Numbered from the stretch's first letter, positions 26,564 through 35,928 are shown. The stretch is DNA of 64,000 nt from Pyrinomonadaceae bacterium (GCA_030841085.1 JAVEDP010000007.1:15129-79128); one strand, 5' to 3'. Numbers and translations are program-made. Notes: a model not told the origin generated them from the sequence alone.

Positions 26564-29500
26564 ATGTCTGAAGACCGACACATAAATTTCAAGCTGATGC
26601 GCCAGTACATCCTGGACCATCAGGACGGAGCAGCGCCGCCACCGGCGGCGGGCGGGTTGTACTCGATCCAGCCGCGAGTTACCGGCGCCGAGAAATCCAA
26701 AAAGTACTGGCGCTCGCTTGACGAGCTGGCAGAGACGCCTGAATTTCGCGAACTTGTCGCCCGTGAGTTTCCGCAAGCGGCTGAAGAATGGAACGATCCG
26801 TTTGAACGCCGGACGTTCTTGAAGTTGATGGGCGCCTCGCTCGCGCTTGCCGGTCTCAGCGGCTGCGCGTTTCAGCCTCCGGAAAAAATTGTCCCCTACG
26901 TGACCCAGCCGGAAGAAGAAGTGCCCGGCAAAGCTTTATTTTTCGCCACCGCTTCGTCGCTCGGCGGAATCGCCACACCCCTGCTCGCGCGCAGCAATGA
27001 AGGGCGGCCCACCAAAGTAGAAGGAAATCCGGATCATCCGAACAGTCGCAACAACGACCCGCAGGATCGCGGTTCAAGTGCTACCGACATTTTTGCGCAG
27101 GCTTCCATCCTGTCTCTTTACGATCCCGATCGTTCGCAGACGCCGCTCTACCGCGACGAAGCGCGCACCTGGTCCACCTTTGTCGGCGAGATTCGCACCG
27201 CGCTCGATGAGCAACGACCCAAGCAGGGCAGCGGCATACGCTTTCTGACTGAAACCGTGACGTCGCCCACTCTCGCCGCGCAGTTCAAAGCGATTCTGAC
27301 TGAGTTTCCACAAGCGAAGTGGCATCAATACGAACCGGCGAACAACGACAACGCGCGTGCCGGAGCGGTGATGGCTTTCGGCCAGCCGGTCAATACTGTC
27401 TACGACTTCAGCAAGGCTGATCGCATTCTTTCGCTCGACGCTGACTTCCTTTCCGCGCATCCCGGGACGTTGAAGTACGCGCGCGATTTTGCAGCGCGAC
27501 GACGCGTCAGTGAAGGTCAGAAAGAAATCAATCGGCTTTACGTTATTGAGACTACGCCGACCACGACCGGCGCGAAGGCTGATCATCGTTGGTCGGTGAA
27601 GCCGAGTGCGCTTCAGAACTACGCGCAGGCTTTTGTCGACATCATCCGCGGTCAGGGAAATTCATCAAGCGGTAACCAGAGCGTTACGTTCGAAACGCGG
27701 TTGGAAGTGAGTACGGGTGTTAACCCTTCCAAAACTCTCTATTGGCCTGACGTCCAAACCATCGCGCGCGATCTGCAGCAACACAAAGGCGCGAGCATCG
27801 TCATTGCCGGCAAGGAAGCGCCGCCCTTTGTGCACGCATTCGCCCACGAGCTGAACAACGCGCTCGGCAATGTCGGCAAAACAGTTTTCTATACCGATCC
27901 AATAGAAGCCAACCCCGTCGACCAGCGCCGGTCGCTGCAGGAATTAATTAATGACATCGACGGCGGTCGAGTTGAGTTGTTGGTGATCGTTGGCGGCAAT
28001 CCGGCTTACAACACACCGGCGGATTTGAAACTCAATCAGGACCGGATGTTCAAGACGAAACTGCGCGTTCACCTCAGCCAGTATCGCGATGAAACTTCCG
28101 AGTTATGTCATTGGCAACTTCCCGAGACGCATTACCTGGAAGCGTGGAGCGACGCCCGCACTTATGACGGCACCGTCACAATCGTGCAGCCGTTGATTGA
28201 GCCGCTCTATCAAAACAAGAGTGCGCACGAATTGTTGGCTGTCTTTACTGCGAAGTATGACCAGAAACCGTATGACATTATTCGCGAGTACTGGGAGGGT
28301 GCGGGTAAACAGCAAACAGTAAACAGCGAACAGCAAACAGTAAGCAGCAAACAGCAGACAGCGAACAGCAAACAGCAACCAGCGCCTGCCAACGGAAGCA
28401 GTTTGGCGCAGGCACCCGCACAATCGAACCCAACCGCTCCAGCCAACACTGTCGTTGGTCCAACGCCGTCAGCCGATTTCGAATCATGGTGGCGCAAGTG
28501 TGTTCACGATGGCTTTATTCCAGGCACCGCGCTGCCGACTAAAACAGTTTCGGTTAACGGTGGAAATCTGACGCAGTCAATTGCGAGCGGCACATCGCCA
28601 GTGGCCAACACCCAACCCCCTACACCCAACACCCAGTTAGAGCTTGTTTTCCGGACCGATCCAACAATTTACGACGGCCGCTTCGCAAACAATGGCTGGT
28701 TGCAGGAGCTTCCCAAGCCGCTGACGAAATTGACTTGGGACAACGCAGCACTGGTTAGTCCAAACACCGCGAAGCAACTCGGTCTGGAAAAAACCAATGG
28801 CAAGAAGGGTCGCGAGGCCTGGGTCGATACCGTGAAGATTTCCTATCAGGGCCGCACGATCAGCGACAAGGTTCCCGCCTACATAATGCCGGGCCAGCCT
28901 GATGGCGTCGTCACGCTTCACCTGGGGTATGGCCGCAAACGCGCCGGCCGTATTGGCAGTGGTGTCGGTTTTAATGCTTATGAAATTCGCACCGCCGACG
29001 CGCAGTGGTCAGGCGCGGGGGCGCAAGTCGAGAAAGGACCAGGCACGTATGTCCTTGCTCTAACTCAACAGCACTTCAACATGGAGGATCCGAATTTCAG
29101 CAAAGAGCCACGCGACATTTATCGCCAGCAAACGTTGGAACAGTATCTCCATGGCGAACATAAAGAACACGAGTCGGAAGAACCGGCGAAAGACGACACG
29201 CTTTACGATCCCAAGCTCTACGACTATCAAAATCAGGGCAATGGTTTGAACTACGCCTGGGGCATGGCAATCGATTTGAACAACTGCATCGGTTGCAACG
29301 GCTGCACCATCGCCTGCCAGTCGGAAAATAATATTCCGGTTGTCGGAAAAGAGCAGGTAGAGCGCAGCCGCGAGATGCATTGGATTCGGCTCGACACTTA
29401 TTTCGAAGGTGACGATGCCAGCAATCCTGAAGGCACGCACTTCATGCCGGTGCCCTGCATGCATTGCGAGAACGCGCCTTGCGAGCCTGTCTGTCCGGTC

Positions 29501-29968
29501 CATGCGACGGTGCACAGCGCCGAAGGCCTCAACGACATGGTCTACAACCGCTGCGTCGGCACGAAATATTGTTCGAACAACTGTCCGTACAAAGTGCGCC
29601 GCTTCAACTTTTTCCTTTATCAGGATTGGGAGACGCCGACTTATCAGTTGATGCGTAACCCGGACGTGTCGGTGCGCAGCCGCGGCGTAATGGAGAAATG
29701 CACTTATTGTGTGCAGCGAATTCAGAGCGCAAAGATCACCAGCGAAATTGAAGGCAGAAAAGTTCGCGACGGTGAGATTGTTACTGCCTGTCAGGCTGTG
29801 TGCCCGACTGAAGCAATTGTGTTTGGCGATATCAACGATCCGAACAGCAAGGTTTCGAAACTGAAAGCGGAGCAGCGCAACTACTCGCTGCTGGCCGAGC
29901 TGAATACAAAACCGCGCACGACTTATTTGTCGGCGCTGCGGAATCCGAATCCGGATATAAAAAGTTAG
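26564..29968 (+). CDS. actB: Alternative complex III subunit ActB (fused molybdopterin-like B1 and 4Fe-4S B2 domains)
   Basis: Tat signal RRTFLKLMGASLALAG, a large MopB-like domain, and a C-terminal ferredoxin domain with CIGCNGCTIAC, CMHCENAPCEPVCP, CVGTKYCSNNCP and CQAVCP. Confidence 0.95.
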   Translation: MSEDRHINFKLMRQYILDHQDGAAPPPAAGGLYSIQPRVTGAEKSKKYWRSLDELAETPEFRELVAREFPQAAEEWNDPFERRTFLKLMGASLALAGLSGCAFQPPEKIVPYVTQPEEEVPGKALFFATASSLGGIATPLLARSNEGRPTKVEGNPDHPNSRNNDPQDRGSSATDIFAQASILSLYDPDRSQTPLYRDEARTWSTFVGEIRTALDEQRPKQGSGIRFLTETVTSPTLAAQFKAILTEFPQAKWHQYEPANNDNARAGAVMAFGQPVNTVYDFSKADRILSLDADFLSAHPGTLKYARDFAARRRVSEGQKEINRLYVIETTPTTTGAKADHRWSVKPSALQNYAQAFVDIIRGQGNSSSGNQSVTFETRLEVSTGVNPSKTLYWPDVQTIARDLQQHKGASIVIAGKEAPPFVHAFAHELNNALGNVGKTVFYTDPIEANPVDQRRSLQELINDIDGGRVELLVIVGGNPAYNTPADLKLNQDRMFKTKLRVHLSQYRDETSELCHWQLPETHYLEAWSDARTYDGTVTIVQPLIEPLYQNKSAHELLAVFTAKYDQKPYDIIREYWEGAGKQQTVNSEQQTVSSKQQTANSKQQPAPANGSSLAQAPAQSNPTAPANTVVGPTPSADFESWWRKCVHDGFIPGTALPTKTVSVNGGNLTQSIASGTSPVANTQPPTPNTQLELVFRTDPTIYDGRFANNGWLQELPKPLTKLTWDNAALVSPNTAKQLGLEKTNGKKGREAWVDTVKISYQGRTISDKVPAYIMPGQPDGVVTLHLGYGRKRAGRIGSGVGFNAYEIRTADAQWSGAGAQVEKGPGTYVLALTQQHFNMEDPNFSKEPRDIYRQQTLEQYLHGEHKEHESEEPAKDDTLYDPKLYDYQNQGNGLNYAWGMAIDLNNCIGCNGCTIACQSENNIPVVGKEQVERSREMHWIRLDTYFEGDDASNPEGTHFMPVPCMHCENAPCEPVCPVHATVHSAEGLNDMVYNRCVGTKYCSNNCPYKVRRFNFFLYQDWETPTYQLMRNPDVSVRSRGVMEKCTYCVQRIQSAKITSEIEGRKVRDGEIVTACQAVCPTEAIVFGDINDPNSKVSKLKAEQRNYSLLAELNTKPRTTYLSALRNPNPDIKS
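28307..28376 (+). repeat. Ten tandem heptamers (AAACAGC-type) inside the actB coding sequence
   Basis: Ten degenerate 7-nt units, translated as KQQTVNS-EQQTVSS-KQQTANS-KQQ. The frame was checked from the actB start at 26564. Confidence 0.95.
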
Positions 29969-30013
29969 CTGTGAAAAGACTGATGATAGCGGAGATGACT
30001 AAGAACCGGAGTC

Positions 30014-30097
30014 TCGGGGTTGGGAAGGTTGGCTTGCCCCCGCTCGGATCGAATAGCACTGAATCCAGAGCGGGGCAAGCCACCCTTCCTGACCTCG
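30014..30097. repeat. Hairpin element in the actB-actC gap
   Basis: GGGAAGGTTGGCTTGCCCCCGCTC pairs with GAGCGGGGCAAGCCACCCTTCC, giving about 22 bp with one bulge and one mismatch. Confidence 0.85.
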
Positions 30098-30221
30098 AGG
30101 TTGCCTGGGTTGAGTTAATTCTCTGAGTCTAGAGGAAGAGAAAAGAAGTTCAGAGTACAGCTTTAGCTTGCCGCTTGCGAAATAAAGCAACCTAACGGTT
30201 GGACTCTAAACTAGTTGGTTA

Positions 30222-31601
30222 ATGGCAGACGAACCACACAACTTAGGACCGCTTCATCATTCGACCGCGCCGGTTGTCGCGCCGGGGCTGACGTTTGCCT
30301 CAGTCACCGACAAGATCAGTTCGATCGTTTTGAAGCGCAAGACACCGCTCTGGTGGTTCCTGGGTTTTGCGCTTTCGTTCATCTTGTTTCAGTTATTGCT
30401 GCTGACCATAACCAAGCTTGTCTTCGAAGGCATCGGACTTTGGGGGGTCAACGTTCCCGTCGCCTGGGGAATGGACATCCTCAACTTTGTCTGGTGGATC
30501 GGCATCGGCCACGCCGGCACTTTGATTTCCGCAATACTGTTGCTGTTGCGGCAAAAATGGCGCACCTCGATCAATCGGTTTGCGGAAGCGATGACTTTGT
30601 TCGCTGTCGCGCAGGCCGGCATGTATCCCATCATGCATCTCGGCCGGCCGTGGCTCGCGTATTGGTTGTTCCCCTATCCGAACACGATGGGCATCTGGCC
30701 GCAGTTTCGCAGTCCGCTGATGTGGGACGTGTTTGCAGTTTCGACTTACGCGACGGTGTCGGCGATGTTTTGGTTTGTCGGTTTGATTCCAGACTTTGCC
30801 ACCTTGCGGGATCGGGCGCGCAGCAAACCTTTTCAACTTTTGTACGGACTGCTGGCGATGGGTTGGCGCGGTTCCGCGCGTCACTGGCATCGCTACGAGA
30901 TGGCTTACTTGTTACTGGCAGGACTGGCGACGCCGCTGGTGCTTTCGGTGCACACGATCGTTAGTTTCGATTTTGCGGTCGGCATCATTCCGGGTTGGCA
31001 TGCGACGATCTTTCCGCCTTACTTCGTTGCCGGCGCGATTTATGCAGGCTTTGCGATGGTGCTGTTGCTGACGATTCCGTTGCGCAAACTCTACGGTCTC
31101 GAAAGTTTCATCACCATGCGCCACATGCACAACATGGCCAAGGTGATGCTGGCTACGGGTTTGATCGTCGGTTATGGCTATGTGATGGAAGCATTTTTCG
31201 GTTGGTACAGCGGCAATCATTACGAACGCTTCATGATCTGGAACCGCATGCATGGTCCATATTCCGGTTACTACTGGGCGCTGATTCTGTGCAACATCAT
31301 CACACCGCAGTTTCTTTGGATCAAAAAGCTGCGCTCAAACCTGCTGGTACTTTGGTTGCTTTCGCTGGTGGTGAGCATCGGCATGTGGCTGGAGCGCTTT
31401 GTGATTGTCGTGACCAGTTTGCACCGCGACTTTTTGCCTTCGTCCTGGGGCATGTATCAGCCGTCGACCTGGGATTGGACCATGTTCATCGGCACGATTG
31501 GTTTTTTCTTTACGTTGCTGTTCTTGTTCATACGGTTCCTGCCGATGATTTCGATTTTTGAGATGCGCACGATTTTGCCCGACGCGGAAGTGGAAGAATG
31601 A
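30222..31601 (+). CDS. actC: Alternative complex III subunit ActC (NrfD/PsrC-like quinol-interacting membrane subunit)
   Basis: 459 aa with about 10 TM helices, NrfD-like, in the third position of the act cluster. Confidence 0.92.
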   Translation: MADEPHNLGPLHHSTAPVVAPGLTFASVTDKISSIVLKRKTPLWWFLGFALSFILFQLLLLTITKLVFEGIGLWGVNVPVAWGMDILNFVWWIGIGHAGTLISAILLLLRQKWRTSINRFAEAMTLFAVAQAGMYPIMHLGRPWLAYWLFPYPNTMGIWPQFRSPLMWDVFAVSTYATVSAMFWFVGLIPDFATLRDRARSKPFQLLYGLLAMGWRGSARHWHRYEMAYLLLAGLATPLVLSVHTIVSFDFAVGIIPGWHATIFPPYFVAGAIYAGFAMVLLLTIPLRKLYGLESFITMRHMHNMAKVMLATGLIVGYGYVMEAFFGWYSGNHYERFMIWNRMHGPYSGYYWALILCNIITPQFLWIKKLRSNLLVLWLLSLVVSIGMWLERFVIVVTSLHRDFLPSSWGMYQPSTWDWTMFIGTIGFFFTLLFLFIRFLPMISIFEMRTILPDAEVEE

Positions 31602-31726
31602 TGTAAAGCAAACTGTTAGTTTGCGGTGGTGGGTTAGCATTCAGTTTGAAAAACAATGACTTGCACTGCATTTGGCATCAACGGTTGAGGAATATGATCC
31701 AACGCAAACTAACAGTTTGCTTTACA
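31602..31726. repeat. TGTAAAGCAAACTGTTAGTTTGCG-family element (copy 2), actC-actD gap
   Basis: The left arm (31602-31626) starts one nt after the actC stop. The right arm is 31703-31726. The 76-nt loop is unrelated to the other copies. Confidence 0.9.
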
Positions 31727-31738
31727 ACGGATTGATCA

Positions 31739-32359
31739 ATGTCGGACGAGAAACGCGAAAGCTTTAGTGAGACTGAGCCGCACGAGGCAGACGAACTGCA
31801 CCTGTCTGTCTCCCGCCGGCATCGCACGGCCCCGGCGCTCTACGGCATCATGGGTGAATTCAACAATCCATCCGACCTGGTTGCGGCGGCGCGCCGCACT
31901 TATGAAGCGGGCTATCGCCGCATCAACGGTTATTCACCCTATCCGATCGAGGAGCTTTCGGAAGCCATCGGTTTCACGCGCACCAGTTTGCCTTTGATTG
32001 TTTTGATCGGCGGGATACTGGGCGGACTCGGCGGATTTTTCATGCAGTACTGGATGGAGGTTGTTGCCTATCCATTAAATGTAGGCGGCAAGCCGTACAA
32101 CAGTTGGCCGGCTTTCATTCCGATTACGTTCGAGTGCACGGTCCTGGTGGCGGCGTTTGCGGCGGTGCTCGGCATGCTGGTGCTGAACAAGCTGCCGCAG
32201 CCTTATCATCCGGTCTTCAATGCGCCGAATTTCGCACTGGCCACGCGCGACCGGTTCTTTTTGGTGATCGAGGCAAACGATCCACGTTTTAGTCACGATG
32301 AAACGAAGCAGTTTCTGAACACAGTTGGCGCGAAAAATGTTAGCGATGTGGAAATCTGA
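31739..32359 (+). CDS. actD: Alternative complex III subunit ActD (DUF3341)
   Basis: YGIMGEFNNPSDLVAAARRTYEAGYRRINGYSPYPIEEL motif and two TM helices, at the canonical position. Confidence 0.9.
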   Translation: MSDEKRESFSETEPHEADELHLSVSRRHRTAPALYGIMGEFNNPSDLVAAARRTYEAGYRRINGYSPYPIEELSEAIGFTRTSLPLIVLIGGILGGLGGFFMQYWMEVVAYPLNVGGKPYNSWPAFIPITFECTVLVAAFAAVLGMLVLNKLPQPYHPVFNAPNFALATRDRFFLVIEANDPRFSHDETKQFLNTVGAKNVSDVEI

Positions 32360-32363
32360 ACTA

Positions 32364-32505
32364 GTGTGCAGTGTGCAGTGTGCAGTGAGCAGCAAGGCGC
32401 GCAGGTCAATGTTGCGCGTGATGGGAAGTCTCCGCCTGCCCACTGCTCGTCCACTGCACACTTTCTTCATCTTGCTGCTCACTGCTCACTGCTCACTGCT
32501 CACTG
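32364..32505. repeat. Heptamer-armed hairpin (GTGCAGT-type), copy 2, spanning the actD-actE junction
   Basis: The left arm (32364-32397) pairs with 32471-32505, with about one mismatch per 7 nt. The candidate actE start codons (32409, 32421) lie in the loop. The right arm is translated as LLLTAHCSLLTV. Confidence 0.9.
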
Positions 32506-33143
32506 TTGGTTGTAGGCGCGACATGCAGGACCAGCCGAAGATGAAACCATATCGTTCGACAGTTTTCTTCAAGGACGGACTTTCGTCGCGGCCGCTGGTT
32601 GAAGGAACCGTGCCGCGCGGCTTCCTGAAAACGGACACGGAGTTTTTCACCGGTAAGAAGCCGGGCAGAACGTCGGCCACGACTAATCCACAAACTGCGA
32701 CCGCACAACAGCCCGTTGTAACTGGCGCTAACGCCGCTAATCTGAACGGCGCGGCTGCTTATCCTGATGATGTCGAGCTTTTTCCTTTGCCGGTGACGAA
32801 GGAAGTTATTGAGCGAGGCAAACAGCGCTACGAAATTTTTTGCACGGTCTGTCATGGGCCAACCGGCAACGGTGACGGCATGATCGTGCGCCGAGGTTTC
32901 CGGCGCGCGGCTTCGTTTAATGACGACCGGCTGCGACAAGCGCCGGTGGGCCATTTCTTCGACGCCATCACCAATGGTTGGGGCGTCATGCCCGCGTACG
33001 CGCCGCAGATTCCGGCGCAGGATCGCTGGGCCATCATCGCGTACATTCGCGCGCTGCAATTAAGTCAGCAAACCCAACAGCCGCAACCAGCTGCTGCAGC
33101 GAGCGCGACGCCGGCAATTCAAAGCGGAGGGCAGCATCAATGA
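32409..33143 (+). CDS. actE: Alternative complex III subunit ActE (monoheme cytochrome c, probable lipoprotein)
   Basis: A single CTVCHG heme motif and an N-terminal hydrophobic stretch ending LLTVGC (lipobox-like). I chose the ATG at 32409, after the actD stop. Confidence 0.85.
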   Translation: MLRVMGSLRLPTARPLHTFFILLLTAHCSLLTVGCRRDMQDQPKMKPYRSTVFFKDGLSSRPLVEGTVPRGFLKTDTEFFTGKKPGRTSATTNPQTATAQQPVVTGANAANLNGAAAYPDDVELFPLPVTKEVIERGKQRYEIFCTVCHGPTGNGDGMIVRRGFRRAASFNDDRLRQAPVGHFFDAITNGWGVMPAYAPQIPAQDRWAIIAYIRALQLSQQTQQPQPAAAASATPAIQSGGQHQ

Positions 33144-34345
33144 TGCACGTTTCCTACAATGCGCCCACCGAGTTGAAGCGCTTGCAGCAACGGGCGTTGC
33201 CGCTTGGCGCCGTGCTGTTCGCGATTTTGGTTGTAGGATTTTTCCTGGATCGCGGCCAGTTTTTCCGCTCCTATTTGTTTGCCTTCAGTTTTTGGGCCGG
33301 CATCTCGGTCGGCTCGTTGGCGCTCTTGATGCTGCAACATCTGACCGGCGGCGGTTGGGGATTCGTAATTCGACGCGTGCTCGAGGCCGCGACGCGAACA
33401 CTGCCGCTGATGCTGCTCTTGTTCCTGCCGATAATTGCCGGGGCGCATTGGCTCTACCCGTGGACGCATGCGGAGGAGATTGCCAAGAGTCCAGCGCTTG
33501 TCGAAAAGGCACGGCTTTATTTGAATCTGCAATTTTTTGTGGTGCGCGCGGCAATCTATTTCGCGATCTGGTTGGCGTTGGCCTTCTTCCTGAATCGCTG
33601 GTCGATATTACAAGACCGAACAGCGGACCCGTCGTTTTCGAAGCGCATGCGCGTGCTTAGCGGGCCGGGCTTCGTTTTGTTTGTTTTCACGGTAACGTTT
33701 GCTTCGATCGACTGGTTCATGTCACTCGATCCGGAATGGTCGTCAACGATATACGGATTCATTTTCGTGGCGTCGTGGGCGCTGAGCGCGCTCGCGTTTG
33801 TGATCGCGGCGCTGGCTCTGCTGACAAAATATGATCCATTGAAGACTGTCGTTGCGCCACTTCATTTTCACGATTTGGGCAAACTGCTGCTGGCGCTGGT
33901 GATGCTTTGGTCCTATTTCGCGTTTTCGCAATTTCTGATTATCTGGTCGGGAAATTTGCCTGAAGAGATTCGCTGGTACTTGCCGCGCATAAAGGGAGCG
34001 TGGGGCGCGATCGCGCTGGCGGTCGTAGTGCTCCACTTTGCATTTCCCTTTCTGTTCCTGCTGTCGCGCTCGTTGAAACGCAACCCGCACAAGCTGGTGC
34101 TGGTAGCGGGATTGATTCTTGTGATGCGTTTGTTAGATCTGTTGTGGATGATTACGCCGAACTTTACCGGCGAACATTTCCACATTAGCTGGATGGAGAT
34201 CGTCGCGCCGCTCGGGATGGGCGGACTTTGGCTCGCGTTTTTTGGCTGGCAGTTGAGCAAGCGGCCACTGGTAGCCATTAACGATCCGCAGTTTGAAAGC
34301 GTGCTGGAGCAGGGACACTCGCATGAGGCACACTCAGTTGTATGA
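33140..34345 (+). CDS. actF: Alternative complex III subunit ActF (membrane subunit)
   Basis: Polytopic membrane protein. The ATG at 33140 overlaps the actE stop (ATGA). The ORF-track extension from 32978 lies inside actE. Confidence 0.88.
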   Translation: MMHVSYNAPTELKRLQQRALPLGAVLFAILVVGFFLDRGQFFRSYLFAFSFWAGISVGSLALLMLQHLTGGGWGFVIRRVLEAATRTLPLMLLLFLPIIAGAHWLYPWTHAEEIAKSPALVEKARLYLNLQFFVVRAAIYFAIWLALAFFLNRWSILQDRTADPSFSKRMRVLSGPGFVLFVFTVTFASIDWFMSLDPEWSSTIYGFIFVASWALSALAFVIAALALLTKYDPLKTVVAPLHFHDLGKLLLALVMLWSYFAFSQFLIIWSGNLPEEIRWYLPRIKGAWGAIALAVVVLHFAFPFLFLLSRSLKRNPHKLVLVAGLILVMRLLDLLWMITPNFTGEHFHISWMEIVAPLGMGGLWLAFFGWQLSKRPLVAINDPQFESVLEQGHSHEAHSVV

Positions 34346-34941
34346 CTAGAAACGAACACCAGGGAAACGGTCATGGGCACGTTACCGAAACGCCGGACGT
34401 GTCGCACATCAAGAACATTGACGTCACGCATGAAGCGAGCGACGTCAACGTCGGCGGAATCGTGAAGTTTGTCATCGGCCTGACTGTCTTTGCGATTGTA
34501 GTCCAGGTTTTGATGTGGGGCATGTTCCGCTTTCTCAATTCGCAGGAAGAAGGAAAAGAACCGTCTCTTGGCCCAATGGCGATGACTGAGCAGGAGCGAC
34601 GACCGCCAGATCCGAAACTGCAATCCGCGCCGGGGTTCGGTGTGAAACTCGAGAACGGACAATGGGTGCCCCTCGAAAATCGTGAGCCGCAGGCTGAATA
34701 CCGCGCGCTGCGCCAGCAATGGCAGAGCCAGCTCGATTGCGCGCCTGAGGGGACTTCCGAAGTTCGCACCCCCGGAGCCTGCACGCCAATCGATCAAGCT
34801 ATGCAGAAAGTCCTTGAGGGAAAGGGTCTGCCTTCGCGACCTCAAGCGGAAACGAATCAGGGTGGTCCAACGGAAGACTACGGCATCGATATGCCGACAG
34901 CAGCAAGCTCAGGTCGCATGACGGAGAAGAGAAGGCAATGA
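34342..34941 (+). CDS. Single-pass membrane protein in the ActG position (identity unverified)
   Basis: 199 aa with one TM helix (VKFVIGLTVFAIVVQVLMWGMF). It is translationally coupled on both sides (ATGA overlaps with actF and the SCO gene). Confidence 0.65.
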   Translation: MTRNEHQGNGHGHVTETPDVSHIKNIDVTHEASDVNVGGIVKFVIGLTVFAIVVQVLMWGMFRFLNSQEEGKEPSLGPMAMTEQERRPPDPKLQSAPGFGVKLENGQWVPLENREPQAEYRALRQQWQSQLDCAPEGTSEVRTPGACTPIDQAMQKVLEGKGLPSRPQAETNQGGPTEDYGIDMPTAASSGRMTEKRRQ

Positions 34942-35927
34942 AAACAGACGGCAGACGGCAGACGGCGGACGGCAGTCCGCAGACAGCAGTCGGCAGGAAA
35001 ATCCGTGGCTGCGTTGAAGCTGCGTCGCGGCTCTTCGGGCTGGGGATTTTCTTTTCCTGCTCCTGCCTCCTGCTGCTGCCGACTGACGCTTCCGCTCAGT
35101 TCAGTCAGACGCAGGGCAATTCGCCGCTCTATAGCTCGCGACCTTATCAGCCGCGCGCGCCCGTCGGTTTGCCGAAAGCTTTGAATGGCGTGGGCATCGA
35201 TCAGAAATTGAATGAACAACTGCCGCTCGATCTGGTCTTGAAAAATGAGAACGGCGAAAGCGTAAAGCTGGGCGATTATTTTGGCAAAAAGCCGGTAGTG
35301 ATTTCATTGGTTTATTACCAGTGCCCAATGCTTTGCAATCAGATCCTTAACGGCATGGTCACGGCTTTTCGGGTGATGTCGTTTGCACCCGGCAAAGAGT
35401 TCGATGTCGTAACGATCAGTTTCGATCCGCGCGAGACGCCGGAGCTCGCTGCTGCCAAGAAGAAGACTTATGTTGAGTATTTGCCCGAAGACAAACGCGC
35501 GTCTGCTGTCGCCGGCTGGCACTTTCTGACCGCCGACGAAGCCAGCATCGCTCGCATCACCAGCGCCGTTGGTTTTCGTTATCACTGGGATGACGCGACG
35601 AACCAGTTTGCGCACGCCAGCGCGATTTACGTGGCCACGCCCGGAGGTAAACTTGCGCGCTACTTTTATGGAATTGAATATGCCCCGCGCGACCTCCGTC
35701 TGGGATTGATCGAGGCAGCTGAAAATAAGATTGGATCGCCGGTGGACCAGTTGCTGCTCTATTGTTATCACTACGATCCGGCCACCGGAAAATATGGCGC
35801 GGCGGTGATGAACATGATGCGTGTTGGCGGTGTCCTTACTTTGATTGCGCTGGCGATATTGTTGTTGGCGTTGCGCCGTCGCAGTCGCGCACAGGTAGCG
35901 TGGCGTGCGCGGCAGGCCGGAACTTAA
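34938..35927 (+). CDS. SCO1/SenC-family copper chaperone
   Basis: Thioredoxin-like domain with the CPMLC (CxxxC) copper site and a downstream His, plus N- and C-terminal TM segments. It lies between the act and cox genes. Confidence 0.88.
   Translation: MKTDGRRQTADGSPQTAVGRKIRGCVEAASRLFGLGIFFSCSCLLLLPTDASAQFSQTQGNSPLYSSRPYQPRAPVGLPKALNGVGIDQKLNEQLPLDLVLKNENGESVKLGDYFGKKPVVISLVYYQCPMLCNQILNGMVTAFRVMSFAPGKEFDVVTISFDPRETPELAAAKKKTYVEYLPEDKRASAVAGWHFLTADEASIARITSAVGFRYHWDDATNQFAHASAIYVATPGGKLARYFYGIEYAPRDLRLGLIEAAENKIGSPVDQLLLYCYHYDPATGKYGAAVMNMMRVGGVLTLIALAILLLALRRRSRAQVAWRARQAGT
34945..34997 (+). repeat. Tandem heptamers (CAGACGG-type, about 7 units) at the 5' end of the SCO gene
   Basis: The array starts 7 nt after the ATG and is translated as TDGRRQTADGSPQTAVGR. 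Confidence 0.9.
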
Positions 35928-35928
35928 A

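Noticed and set aside
29975-30000. CTGATGA motif considered as a hammerhead ribozyme core
   Set aside because: No matching GAAA core or three-stem arrangement could be drawn around it. It looks like a chance heptamer.
34945-35090. Hairpin pairing between the SCO 5' heptamer array and the TM-coding CTGCC-rich segment
   Set aside because: I could align only about 10 complementary nt (CAGTCGGCAG / CTGCCGACTG), too little to call a stem like the others.
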